64,000 bases of DNA from Candidatus Omnitrophota bacterium (GCA_023819145.1 JAMWCW010000007.1:16876-80875), one strand, 5' to 3'. Positions 43,014 through 55,120 are shown, counted from the first letter of the stretch. Numbers and translations: made by a program. The notes: generated by a model from the letters alone, not told the origin.

Positions 43014-45227
43014 TTATTCTTTCAAATAATTCTCTATCGCTTTACTCCAAACTTCATAAAGCTCAATAAGAGATACATCAATTAATCCTTCTATAATCAA
43101 TCTATCTCCTCCCACTTCGCCAATTAAACCAAAAGGAACTTTATTCTTTTTAGCAATCTGTTCTATTTTCTTAACATTTTTTGGCTCAGCACTTAAGATA
43201 ATACGTGATTGACTCTCACCAAATAAAAGAGCGTCTGTTCTTATACGCTGAGTAGAAAGCTTAACTTTGGCTCCCATTTTTTTAAGCGGATTACCCAAAC
43301 AACTTTCTGCAATGGCCACCGTTAGTCCTCCTTCTGAACAATCATGGGCAGATTTAATCAATTTTTTCTCTATTGCTTCTAATACAGTTTTCTGTAAACT
43401 TTTTTCCAATTTTAAATCAATCTCTGGACACTTTCCCTGTTTTAATCCATAGATAGTTTTTAAATATTCACTTCCTCCTATTTCTTCTTTGGTTTTACCC
43501 AAAAGCAAAACTATATCTCCTGCTTGTTTAAAATAATGTGTGATTATTTTTTTCTTATCTCTAATTAATCCCACCATTCCTATAATAGGTGTAGGGTCAA
43601 CTGAACCTTTGGGATTCTCGTTATTAAAACTGACATTCCCACTAACCACGGGTATACTTAAGGCACGGCAAGCAGCGGATATGCCTAATACTGCCTGCTT
43701 AAACTGCCAGAAGACTTCTGGGTTTTTAGGGTTGCCAAAGTTAATACCATCGGTAATAGCTAAAGGTTTTGCTCCACAGCAAACCAAATTCCGGGCTGCT
43801 TCGGCTACAGCAATCTTTCCACCTCTAAAAGGATCCAAATAACAGTATGTGGAATTGCAATCTGTAGTAGCCGCGATGGCTTTGTTAGTTCCCGGAACAG
43901 CCGCTACTCCGGCATCGGAACCAGGTGCCACTAAAATATCCTTACCCACCGCGGGATCACAATGTTTAAAAATCCAAACCTTGCTGGCAAGAGTAGGATT
44001 GCTCATTAGCTTAAACAAAACCTGGTTATAATCAGCTGGTTTTTTGATAGTAGATATTTTAAATCTTTTCACCTCATCTAAATATCTTGGCCTCTGCACA
44101 TTTCGATAGTATATGGGTGCTTCTACCAAAGCAGCAGCAGGAATTTCTGCTACTACTCTGCCCTTTTCTTTAACCCGCACTATCCCATCATCGTTAACCT
44201 TACCAATGACAGCCATGGGCACATTCCATTTTGTGAAAATTTTCTTTACCTCTTCCAATTTTTCTTTTTCAATAATAACCAACATTCTCTCTTGAGATTC
44301 GGAGAGCATTATCTCATAAGCATTCATTCCCTCTTCTTTATGAGGAATCAAATCAATATTAATTTCCATTCCCGTTTTTCCCTTATAAGAGGTTTCACAT
44401 GTAGAACAGGTAAGCCCCGCTGCACCCATATCCTGCATACCTATAACTAACCCTTTATTTATCAGTTCAAGACAGGCTTCTCTCAAGATACGCCCCATAC
44501 GCGGATCACCAATGGCTACCGCAGAACTTCTTTTGGTCGATTCTTCATCTAATCCTGCAGAAGCAAACGCAGCACCTTCCACGCCATCCCTACCAGTGGC
44601 TCCCCCCACAATAAGGACTAAATTATCTCTACCGATAGCCCTTGCCTTTACAATATTTTTCTTCTTTACTATGCCGACAGTCATCGCATTCACGAGGGGA
44701 TTGCCTTCAAAAGATTCATCAAAATATACCTCGCCTCCCATAACCGGAATTTCTGCAATATTGGCATACTCAGTAAACCCCCTAATGATATTCTTAAAAA
44801 GGAATTTAACCCGTTCATTCTCTAACTTTCCCAAACGTAAAGAATCGAGAAGCCCAATAGGTCGAGCTCCCATAGTGAAGATATCACGAATACACCCTCC
44901 TCCGCCTGTAGCAGAAGCAGCATAGGGTTCTACTGCCGAAGGGTGGTTATGGGATTCAATTTTAAAAACCACGCCCAAACCACTTCCAATATCTACAATG
45001 CCTGCATTCTCTCCTGGACCCTGAATAACATTTTTGCCTTTAGTAGGAAAAAGTTTTAGCACCGGTTTAGAATTTTTATAAGAACAATGTTCGCTCCACA
45101 TTGCCGAAAACATTCCCAACTCTACAAAATTTGGTTCGCGTCCTAAACGCTTTTTAATCATTTCATATTCTTCAATCGTCAAGCCCTGTTTTTCGATTGT
45201 TTCTGTGGTAATCATACGTTCATCCAT
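43014..45227 (-). CDS. purL: FGAM synthase, small-type PurL subunit
   Basis: MWSEHCSYK, KIESHNHPS, QDMGAAG, LSESQERM, SGNVS and HDCSEGG motifs. Confidence 0.97.
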   Translation of the reverse strand: MDERMITTETIEKQGLTIEEYEMIKKRLGREPNFVELGMFSAMWSEHCSYKNSKPVLKLFPTKGKNVIQGPGENAGIVDIGSGLGVVFKIESHNHPSAVEPYAASATGGGGCIRDIFTMGARPIGLLDSLRLGKLENERVKFLFKNIIRGFTEYANIAEIPVMGGEVYFDESFEGNPLVNAMTVGIVKKKNIVKARAIGRDNLVLIVGGATGRDGVEGAAFASAGLDEESTKRSSAVAIGDPRMGRILREACLELINKGLVIGMQDMGAAGLTCSTCETSYKGKTGMEINIDLIPHKEEGMNAYEIMLSESQERMLVIIEKEKLEEVKKIFTKWNVPMAVIGKVNDDGIVRVKEKGRVVAEIPAAALVEAPIYYRNVQRPRYLDEVKRFKISTIKKPADYNQVLFKLMSNPTLASKVWIFKHCDPAVGKDILVAPGSDAGVAAVPGTNKAIAATTDCNSTYCYLDPFRGGKIAVAEAARNLVCCGAKPLAITDGINFGNPKNPEVFWQFKQAVLGISAACRALSIPVVSGNVSFNNENPKGSVDPTPIIGMVGLIRDKKKIITHYFKQAGDIVLLLGKTKEEIGGSEYLKTIYGLKQGKCPEIDLKLEKSLQKTVLEAIEKKLIKSAHDCSEGGLTVAIAESCLGNPLKKMGAKVKLSTQRIRTDALLFGESQSRIILSAEPKNVKKIEQIAKKNKVPFGLIGEVGGDRLIIEGLIDVSLIELYEVWSKAIENYLKE

Positions 45228-45288
45228 TTGTATATCAACCTCCTTCTTTCTTGATTAAAAATTTTATCTATATTTTTTATCTATATTT

Positions 45289-46581
45289 CTATAATCCTAA
45301 TCTCTGAAATATCTTATCAACATTGCGTAAATAATAACTCGCATCAAAGAGCACTCGGATTTCTTTCTCTTCTAAATGCTTGCGGATTTCCTTGTCTCTT
45401 ACTAAAAGTTCCTGAAAATCTCGTTTATCTCTCCAGCAGATAAGTGCAACTTTCTGTACTAAATCATAAGCCTTATCACGGGGAAGACCTCTTTCCATTA
45501 AAGCCAACAGAACTCTTTGAGAGAAAATAAGCCCCCCAGTTTTCCTTAAATTATTACGCATATTGTTGGGATAAACAACGAGTTTATCTATGATATAAGA
45601 CATTAGATTAAGCATATAATCCAGAACGGTAGTAGCATCGGGTAAAATTACTCTCTCCACTGAAGAATGACTTATATCTCTCTCATGCCAGAGACTAACA
45701 TCTTCCATGCCTGCTTGAGCATAGGAGCGAAGAAGTCTTGACAGTCCACAGATACGTTCACATAAAACAGGATTTCTTTTATGAGGCATTGCGGAAGAAC
45801 CTTTCTGTCCTTCCATAAAGGGCTCTTCTACTTCCAAAACTTCCGTACGCTGAAGATGTCTTATTTCTAAAGCGATTCTTTCAAGAGAACTTCCGATTAT
45901 AGCAAGGGTAGAGAGATATACTGCGTGTCTATCACGTGGTACTACCTGGGTTGAGATCGGTTCGGGTTGAATCCCAAGTTTTTCGCATATCATTTCTTCC
46001 ATTTCCGGTTCTATATGGGAGAAATTACCGACTGCACCTGAAATTTTACCAAATCTAATCTCTTCTTTAGCCTGTTTTAATCTCTCTAAATTCCTTAAAC
46101 TTTCAGCATAAAAAGTAGCAATTTTAAAACCCAAGGTAATGGGTTCCGCATGTATCCCATGAGTCCTTCCGACCATGATTGTATTGCGATAAAGTCTTGC
46201 TTTCTTTTTCAAAAGAGAAACAAGATTTTCCAAATCGCCAATAAGAATATCTGATGCTTCCACAAGAAGCATGGCTAAAGCAGTATCTAAAACATCGGAA
46301 GAAGTTAAACCCATATGGATATACTTTGCTAATTTCCCCAAATTTTCGCTAAGGTTATTGACAAAAGAAACTACATCGTGCTGAGTTTTCTTCTCTATTT
46401 CTCTTATTCTCTCGATATTAAATTTTGCTTTCTTTTCAATAATTTCCATGTCCTTTTTAGGAATCTTCCCTCTCTTTACCCAAGCACGACAAACTGCCAA
46501 TTCTATCGCAAGCATTTTTTGAAACCGATTTTCATCCGACCAGAGCTTCTGCATCTTGGGAAGGGTATAACGTTCAATCAT
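45289..46581 (-). CDS. purB: Adenylosuccinate lyase
   Basis: MIERY, GLTSSD, GRTHGIHAEP and GSSAMPHKRNP motifs. Confidence 0.97.
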   Translation of the reverse strand: MIERYTLPKMQKLWSDENRFQKMLAIELAVCRAWVKRGKIPKKDMEIIEKKAKFNIERIREIEKKTQHDVVSFVNNLSENLGKLAKYIHMGLTSSDVLDTALAMLLVEASDILIGDLENLVSLLKKKARLYRNTIMVGRTHGIHAEPITLGFKIATFYAESLRNLERLKQAKEEIRFGKISGAVGNFSHIEPEMEEMICEKLGIQPEPISTQVVPRDRHAVYLSTLAIIGSSLERIALEIRHLQRTEVLEVEEPFMEGQKGSSAMPHKRNPVLCERICGLSRLLRSYAQAGMEDVSLWHERDISHSSVERVILPDATTVLDYMLNLMSYIIDKLVVYPNNMRNNLRKTGGLIFSQRVLLALMERGLPRDKAYDLVQKVALICWRDKRDFQELLVRDKEIRKHLEEKEIRVLFDASYYLRNVDKIFQRLGL

Positions 46582-47525
46582 TATTCGACCTCCTTTTTAA
46601 TTTGTTCTAAGGTATCGGCGTAATTTTTTTCTTCCGGATTTAGTTCTGTCGCCCTCACCGCCAATTCCTTAGCCTCTTTTAAATTTTTTTTTATGTACCA
46701 GTAAAGATAGGCAAGATTATTATATGCATCCGCAAAATTTTTATCTATCTCAATCGCTTTCTGATAGGATTCTTCTGATTTTTGAAAATCGCTTAACTTA
46801 AAATAAATATTTCCTAAATTAAAATAAGCAATCTTTGCCTGAGATAGAGAAGGTATCGCCTTCTGATAAAATTCTAATGCTTTTTCTAATTGTCCTTTTG
46901 CTTCAAAAAGATAACCTAAATAAACATACTCTTCAGGAGAAACCTCCCACGTCACCTTCTCGGGGGGACATATAGTTATCGTTCCAAAATCTGCCTTTCT
47001 CCATTTATTAACAAACGTCTTATAACTTAACCAAACACCTGATTTTTTACCGGTATGAGCAAGAATCTTTTTCTCCGCATCGTCAAACCCAAAAATAACC
47101 AAATAATGATATCCTCCCTTAATTGACAACTCCCTCGTTAAAACAATAAGAGGAATATTTTCTTTTACTCTTTCCTTTAAATAAGCAAAACTACTCTGAG
47201 AATAATTGGACCAGAGACTAAATTGCCGTGGATAAAAAGCTATTTCGAAATCAAGAGAACCTCCGAATCCAGGGGCATAGAGTTCTTTAATAAGTTTAGG
47301 ATAATCAAATTGGATTTTCCAGTAATCTAAAATAGATGCCACTGCTGAAGGACCACAGGTGTTTCCTCTCTGTTTATAAAAAGGAACGGCGGGGATTATA
47401 TGTTTCTCGATTATAGAAAAATCTTCTTGAAGTTGAAGACGGCTTGTTTTACATCCACAATTTAAGAAGAGAATAAAAATAGATAAATAAAAAAATATCT
47501 TTATAGTTACAAAATTATTTCCCAC
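46581..47525 (-). CDS. C39-like cysteine peptidase with C-terminal TPRs (PA2778-like), probable lipoprotein
   Basis: Signal peptide ending LNCGC; VPFYKQ...TCGPSAVASIL (catalytic Cys) and YHYLVIFGFD (His); TPRs (AYFNLGN, AYNNLA). Confidence 0.8.
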   Translation of the reverse strand: MGNNFVTIKIFFYLSIFILFLNCGCKTSRLQLQEDFSIIEKHIIPAVPFYKQRGNTCGPSAVASILDYWKIQFDYPKLIKELYAPGFGGSLDFEIAFYPRQFSLWSNYSQSSFAYLKERVKENIPLIVLTRELSIKGGYHYLVIFGFDDAEKKILAHTGKKSGVWLSYKTFVNKWRKADFGTITICPPEKVTWEVSPEEYVYLGYLFEAKGQLEKALEFYQKAIPSLSQAKIAYFNLGNIYFKLSDFQKSEESYQKAIEIDKNFADAYNNLAYLYWYIKKNLKEAKELAVRATELNPEEKNYADTLEQIKKEVE

Positions 47526-47556
47526 TTAAAATATAAATTCTTATTAACTATATGTA

Positions 47557-47976
47557 TTAATACCTGCGTGGGACAGCATCACGCGGTTCAATTTTTACAG
47601 TATAATTGGTTACATAAAGAACGATGATAATCAAAAGAAGAATAATAAGAATAACAATAAATACTCCGGAATCGCCTCCCACTTTAATTTTGTCACAACG
47701 TAAAGCCAAATCCCTCAATCTATCCGTTTCCAGTTGTTCTATCTTATTTATAAGCGCATCTCTATCCATTCCAAATCTATTTAAGTATCCCATAACTTTT
47801 TCATCTTTAAGAAATGAATTTATTTTTTCCAGATATAAACCCCTCTCACCCTCAGTAACTACCTTGGAATTTACCAATCCCGCATATCCCAAATTGGGCT
47901 TTATCCCCAAAAATATAGCCCAAGCGAGGAAAAATAAAAAAATAAACTTCCTCTTATAAATAAATCTTAACATCAC
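47557..47976 (-). CDS. PA2779-like protein (signal peptide, helical domain, GG motif, C-terminal TM helix)
   Basis: Signal peptide ending GYA; KVGGD immediately before the hydrophobic [20 protein letters not shown]; upstream of the C39 peptidase. Confidence 0.75.
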   Translation of the reverse strand: MMLRFIYKRKFIFLFFLAWAIFLGIKPNLGYAGLVNSKVVTEGERGLYLEKINSFLKDEKVMGYLNRFGMDRDALINKIEQLETDRLRDLALRCDKIKVGGDSGVFIVILIILLLIIIVLYVTNYTVKIEPRDAVPRRY

Positions 47977-48032
47977 TTCACCTCCTTCTTAAAATAAATT
48001 GATTTTATTTAAAAACGAACTGATTGTTAATT

Positions 48033-48061
48033 AGTATAAAAAAAAAAGAAGAAAATGTCAA
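48033..48061 (-). promoter_or_regulatory. sigma70 promoter of the PA2779-like/C39 pair
   Basis: TTGACA, 17-bp spacer containing a T10 run, TATACT. Confidence 0.7.
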
Positions 48062-48123
48062 TTTAAATCGCAGGCAGAATAATGTAAGAGTAAATATTAG
48101 AAATACTTAAGCGGAAGTAAATT

Positions 48124-48200
48124 TGGTTGCGGGGCCCAGATTTGAACTGGGGACCTCAAGGTTATGAGCCTTGCGAGCTTCCGGACTGCTCCACCCCGCG
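48124..48200 (-). tRNA. Initiator tRNA-fMet(CAT)
   Basis: CGCGGGG...CCCCGCA-ACCA with C1:A72 mismatch; anticodon arm CAAGG-CTCATAA-CCTTG; GTTCAAATC T-loop. Confidence 0.95.
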
Positions 48201-48206
48201 TTTTAT

Positions 48207-48235
48207 ATTATATCTACCCGCAAAGCTCCTGTCAA
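48207..48235 (-). promoter_or_regulatory. Consensus sigma70 promoter of tRNA-fMet
   Basis: TTGACA, 17-bp spacer, TATAAT ending 6 bp before the tRNA 5' end. Confidence 0.85.
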
Positions 48236-48237
48236 CT

Positions 48238-50416
<2,179 letters not shown>

Positions 50417-50455
50417 ATCTATAATTGGTTATTATAAAATAATCTAATTCGTAAT

Positions 50456-51172
50456 TCAACTAGATAACTTATTTTTATTCCATACTAACTTAGACAACCA
50501 AATAGAAATTTCGTAAAGAAAAATCATCGGAATAGCCAAAAAACATTGAGTAAAGACATCTACGGTTGGGGTAATAACCGCCGCAAGGATAAAAGCCATA
50601 ACCATCATATACTTCCATTTTCGTCTCAATAAGTAAGGATTGACCAGGCCCACTTTTGTTAAAAATAACACCACTACCGGAGTTTCAAATACTATCCCCG
50701 TAGAAAAAACAAGCATGCCTACAAAAGAGAAATAGCGTCCCACAGAAAACATAGGTATAATTTTATCAGTAGAAAAACTCAACAGAAATCTTATTCCCAA
50801 AGGAAGAACGAAAAAATAACTAAAAACTAAACCTAAGAAAAATAGCACTAACGACAAAGGAAAGAAAAGACGGACATATTTTTTCTCTTGAGGGTAAAGT
50901 CCGGAACTGATAAAAATCCATATTTGATAGAAAATAACGGGTGAAGCTAAAATAATCCCTCCTATAAAAGCAATCTTTAAATAAACTAAGAACAACTCCA
51001 TAGGATAAATAAAAATCAATTGTTCTACAGGTTTTGCAAGAAAATCTAAAATTTCTTTAGCGTAGCGGAAGGAAATTATTGAACAAAGAATAAACACAAT
51101 TAGACATACGATAATTCGATAACGAAGCTCTTCTAAATGTCCAATTAAAGTAAGGCGCTTATCATCCTGCAT
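50456..51172 (-). CDS. tatC: Twin-arginine translocase TatC
   Basis: HLEELRYR, YQIWIFISSGL, FETP and ITPTVD motifs. Confidence 0.95.
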   Translation of the reverse strand: MQDDKRLTLIGHLEELRYRIIVCLIVFILCSIISFRYAKEILDFLAKPVEQLIFIYPMELFLVYLKIAFIGGIILASPVIFYQIWIFISSGLYPQEKKYVRLFFPLSLVLFFLGLVFSYFFVLPLGIRFLLSFSTDKIIPMFSVGRYFSFVGMLVFSTGIVFETPVVVLFLTKVGLVNPYLLRRKWKYMMVMAFILAAVITPTVDVFTQCFLAIPMIFLYEISIWLSKLVWNKNKLSS

Positions 51173-51345
51173 CAGTTATCTGAAGGCTTTTCCTGCTTCT
51201 CCTCTTCTCCTTCTTTTATCCCTTTTTTGAACTCACCAATAGATTTTCCTAACGCACGGGCAATTTGGGGTAAACGACTTGCTCCAAAGACAAGGAGAAG
51301 AATAATCAAGATAACAATTAATTCTGGCATTCCTATCCCAAACAT
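51172..51345 (-). CDS. tatA: Twin-arginine translocase TatA
   Basis: [13 protein letters not shown]...[21 protein letters not shown]; GGAGG RBS before ATG 51345. Confidence 0.95.
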   Translation of the reverse strand: MFGIGMPELIVILIILLLVFGASRLPQIARALGKSIGEFKKGIKEGEEEKQEKPSDN

Positions 51346-51421
51346 ATTTACCTCCATTATTGCTAAAAGTTTACACTTTACGGGCTACAGTAAACAGCAA
51401 ATCTTAACCACCATATACCTT

Positions 51422-52396
51422 TTACTGTGAACTATTACTAGTTACCGACAATTGCTTAATCCTTTTCAACATATTGGGATGAGTGCTTAAAAGCTCCATT
51501 AGCTTATCTGCAAAACCTAAACGGATACGTCTTGTACGTATGACTTCCAACTCATTAGGATCAATTGTCCCCGACATGTCTAAGTCAAGCTGTTTTAACT
51601 CGTAAATTTCGTGCAATGCCTTGGAAGGGTCGTTGACAAAGAATGCTTTTAAACCCTCTATCTCCCTCAGTTCCTCCTTATCTATACGCGCAGAACCATA
51701 AACAAGTTTATATAGTGCGGTGGCGAGCCAAGAAGGATGATTCCCTAACTTTACAGAACCCCGGTCAGCAAAATATTCCCGAATACGCGATGCATAAAGC
51801 ACTAAAAGATTGGTTATGAAATAAAAAATAAAAGCTAATAAACCAATCAGTGCGGTGTTTGTGCCACGACTATCCCTTCTTCTACCACCTCCAAACCAAA
51901 ACATATGCCAAGCGATACGATAGAGAATCATGGGAATTACCGAAAGAATGGTAATGGTAAGTACATCACGATTTTTTAAATGGCTTATTTCGTGAGCTAA
52001 TACTGCCCGTAGTTCATTATGGTTAAGAAGTCTAAGTATTCCCTGTGTCACACACACTCTCCCACTGCGCAATCCATGACCAAAAGCAAAAGCGTTGGGT
52101 AAATAAGTGGGAGAAATCCCTATTTTGGGCTTAGGAATATTTGCTTTCTCTATTAGACTATCAACTATCTGATGCAATTCGGGAGCTTCTTTTCTGTCTA
52201 CATACTTTATATGCATTGACCATTCCACAATCTTTGGGCCAATTAAATACTGAATATACATTAGAAAAAGAGAAATAATTAAATAAAAATAGAAATTGGT
52301 TATACCCATTTGCACTCCAATGATGGTAACAATCATATATAAGATGGCAAATAAAACTGCTAACAGGAGAAACATCTTGACCCTTAAAAAAAACAT
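51422..52396 (-). CDS. htpX: Zinc metalloprotease HtpX (M48B)
   Basis: PNAFAFG, AVLAHEISH (HExxH), SRIREYFAD and STHP motifs. Confidence 0.92.
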   Translation of the reverse strand: MFFLRVKMFLLLAVLFAILYMIVTIIGVQMGITNFYFYLIISLFLMYIQYLIGPKIVEWSMHIKYVDRKEAPELHQIVDSLIEKANIPKPKIGISPTYLPNAFAFGHGLRSGRVCVTQGILRLLNHNELRAVLAHEISHLKNRDVLTITILSVIPMILYRIAWHMFWFGGGRRRDSRGTNTALIGLLAFIFYFITNLLVLYASRIREYFADRGSVKLGNHPSWLATALYKLVYGSARIDKEELREIEGLKAFFVNDPSKALHEIYELKQLDLDMSGTIDPNELEVIRTRRIRLGFADKLMELLSTHPNMLKRIKQLSVTSNSSQ

Positions 52397-52524
52397 TTCT
52401 ACTACACCTCCTTATCTTTCTTTCTATTTTTATATTATACTCTAACAAACACCATAAATTCTATCCTTAAAAATCATAATGAGCGGTGAGAAAACTGTGG
52501 GTAAAGAATTGATTTACTAATGCT

Positions 52525-54708
52525 CTAAGACACAGCTTGCTTTTTTTTCATCATTTGCCAAGTAATTACCAAAGAAGTAGCAATGTAAATTGTGGAATAG
52601 ATTCCCGAAAGCATACCCACTAAAAGACAGAAAGCAAGATTATTCAATACCGTCCCACCCCAAATAAAAAGTGATACCACAACAAAAAGTGTGGTAAGGG
52701 TAGTAAGAATTGTACGTGACAGAGTTTGATTTATGCTTTTATTAATTATCTCTGCTAAGCTTTCTTTTTTAAACAACCGCATATTTTCTCTTATCCGGTC
52801 GTAAATAACAATGGTATCATTTATGGAATAACCTGCAATGGTCAAAAGTCCAGCAACAACGGTAAGAGAAATCTCTCTATGGGTAAAAGCTAAAAAGCCT
52901 ACGCAGACAAAAACATCGTGGAAGAGAGCAATTACACCTGCGATTCCAAAATCAAAATGTTTAAAACGGAATCCAACATAAACAAGAATGCCTACCATTG
53001 CCCAGAAAATAGCCCAGACAGCCTTCTGTCTTAACTCTTTCCCTACAGATGGCCCAACCTGTTCTACCCTTCTTACCTCTATGGGGTTATTGGAGAAATC
53101 CTGTTTTAATTGTGCAGTAATATCCTCTGTTTTTACCTTTGCGGTTCTGATAATTATATCATTATGACCACCTACTTTTTGAATATTAGCATCCGTTGCT
53201 CCAAGTTTATTCAAAGAATACCGTATGTCTTCTATCTTTATATCATTTTTAAATGAATATTCCACTAAATACCCTCCACTAAAATCTATCCCGTATGTCT
53301 TCTCTCCAAGATAGAAGAAATAAACTAACCCCCCTAAGACTACCAATAGGGAAATAAAATAGAAAATTTTTCTTTTCCCAATAAAATCGAATTTAAGTTC
53401 TCTTTTAAAAAAACGGAGCATAGAATATTTCTTGATTATTCCTAAAGATAAAGCGGTTTCGGTAATGGTCCTTGTTACAATCAGAGCAGTAAACAAACTG
53501 GCGAGGATTCCTGCAGTAAGAGTTATGGCAAATCCCTTTATGGGACCAGTACCAAACTGAAAAAGGAAAAATGCCGCAATTAAAGTAGTAAGATTAGAAT
53601 CAAATATAGCACTGAAAGCTTTGTCATATCCTGTGGCAATCGAAGCACGCAGAGAACGACCTGTTTTTAATTCCTCCCGAATTCTCTCATTTATTAAAAC
53701 GTTAGCATCAACAGCCATGCCCAAACTCAAAGCAAGCCCGGCAATACCGGGGAGGGTTAAGGTGGCATTAAAGTAACCTAATACTCCCAAAACAATAATA
53801 AAGTTTAAAAGTAGAGCCAAATCTGCCACAAAACCAGCAAAGAAATAATAAACAATCATAAAAACTACGACAAAAATAGTCCCGATATAGGTAGCAAAAA
53901 TACCTGCACGAATGGAATCTCTTCCTAAACTCGGTCCTACTGTACGTTCTTCTTCAATCTTGATAGGAGCGGGCAATGCACCTGCTCTTAGAACGATAGC
54001 TAAGTCATTAGCTTCATCGATACTAAACCTTCCGGTAATCTGTGCTTCGCCCGAAGGGATTCTTTCTCGGATTACCGGGGCAGAATGTACTACACCATCT
54101 AACACAATAGCTAAACGCCTACCCACATTTTCGCCTGTCACCTGTGAAAATATCTTTGCTCCTTGGCTGTTAAACTTCAAAGAAACATAAGGGGCCCCAA
54201 ACTGGCTCTCAAAACTCACTCTCGCATCGATAAGAGTATCTCCTGTAAGGCTTGCTTTTCTCCGAACTAAAAGCGGTTCTTTATCCAGATATTTTAATTC
54301 GTAATCTTCAGCTATATTGTCACTTAACGCAGCCCTTAACAATTCCGGGTCATCAGAAATAAGTTTGAATTCTAACTGAGCAGTTTTACCAATAATTTGC
54401 AAGGCGCGTTCACGGTCAGTAATCCCCGGCAACTGTACTACAATGCGATCAACACCTTGCTTTAATATCGAAGGTTCTCTTACTCCAAACTGGTCTATAC
54501 GATTCCGGATAATCTCCAAGGCTCTATCTACTGCATCATGGCGAGTCTCCTGCGGAATTCCTGAAGTGTCAACTTTCAAAACTAAATGCATTCCCCCTTG
54601 CAAATCAAGCCCAAGGTTAACTTTCTTACTCAAAGGAAAAGCATTCCAAGAGGCTATACCCATGACAATCGAAATCAACAACCATTTCCATTTTAAATTG
54701 CGTTGCAT
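52525..54708 (-). CDS. secDF: Fused protein translocase subunit SecDF
   Basis: LGLDLQGG, LRAGALP and DANVLINERIREE in the SecD half; GIDFSGG and GYSINDTIVIYDRIRE in the SecF half. Confidence 0.96.
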   Translation of the reverse strand: MQRNLKWKWLLISIVMGIASWNAFPLSKKVNLGLDLQGGMHLVLKVDTSGIPQETRHDAVDRALEIIRNRIDQFGVREPSILKQGVDRIVVQLPGITDRERALQIIGKTAQLEFKLISDDPELLRAALSDNIAEDYELKYLDKEPLLVRRKASLTGDTLIDARVSFESQFGAPYVSLKFNSQGAKIFSQVTGENVGRRLAIVLDGVVHSAPVIRERIPSGEAQITGRFSIDEANDLAIVLRAGALPAPIKIEEERTVGPSLGRDSIRAGIFATYIGTIFVVVFMIVYYFFAGFVADLALLLNFIIVLGVLGYFNATLTLPGIAGLALSLGMAVDANVLINERIREELKTGRSLRASIATGYDKAFSAIFDSNLTTLIAAFFLFQFGTGPIKGFAITLTAGILASLFTALIVTRTITETALSLGIIKKYSMLRFFKRELKFDFIGKRKIFYFISLLVVLGGLVYFFYLGEKTYGIDFSGGYLVEYSFKNDIKIEDIRYSLNKLGATDANIQKVGGHNDIIIRTAKVKTEDITAQLKQDFSNNPIEVRRVEQVGPSVGKELRQKAVWAIFWAMVGILVYVGFRFKHFDFGIAGVIALFHDVFVCVGFLAFTHREISLTVVAGLLTIAGYSINDTIVIYDRIRENMRLFKKESLAEIINKSINQTLSRTILTTLTTLFVVVSLFIWGGTVLNNLAFCLLVGMLSGIYSTIYIATSLVITWQMMKKKQAVS

Positions 54709-54761
54709 AATTCCCTCCCCCTTCGATTATTAAATTCTAAATCCGAATTTCAAACTTACAA

Positions 54762-55061
54762 TCATTTCTTTACATAGGCTATCGCAGATTTTTCGATCAT
54801 AATCTTTGTATTATCATCAACCTTAAGCACGACGGTTGTATCTTTTATATCTACAATTGCTCCATGAATACCACCGGAAGTAACCACCTCATCGTTTTTC
54901 TTCAAATTTTTAAGCATCTCCTGGTGTTCTCTTTCACGCGTTTTTTGTGGTTTAATAATCATGAAGTAAAAGACAAAGAAAATTAAAATAAGAGGTAAGA
55001 GACTAACTATAGGATTTGGTGCAGGTGTTTGTGCTAAAAAGGAAAAAAATAAATTTACCAA
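54762..55061 (-). CDS. yajC: Preprotein translocase subunit YajC
   Basis: FYFMIIKPQK and DEVVTSGGIHG motifs. Confidence 0.94.
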   Translation of the reverse strand: MVNLFFSFLAQTPAPNPIVSLLPLILIFFVFYFMIIKPQKTREREHQEMLKNLKKNDEVVTSGGIHGAIVDIKDTTVVLKVDDNTKIMIEKSAIAYVKK

Positions 55062-55120
55062 AATCTACCTCCTTTCGTCTTATTTTACCTCACAGCTTAG
55101 CTTGTTTTTGCGATATCATA

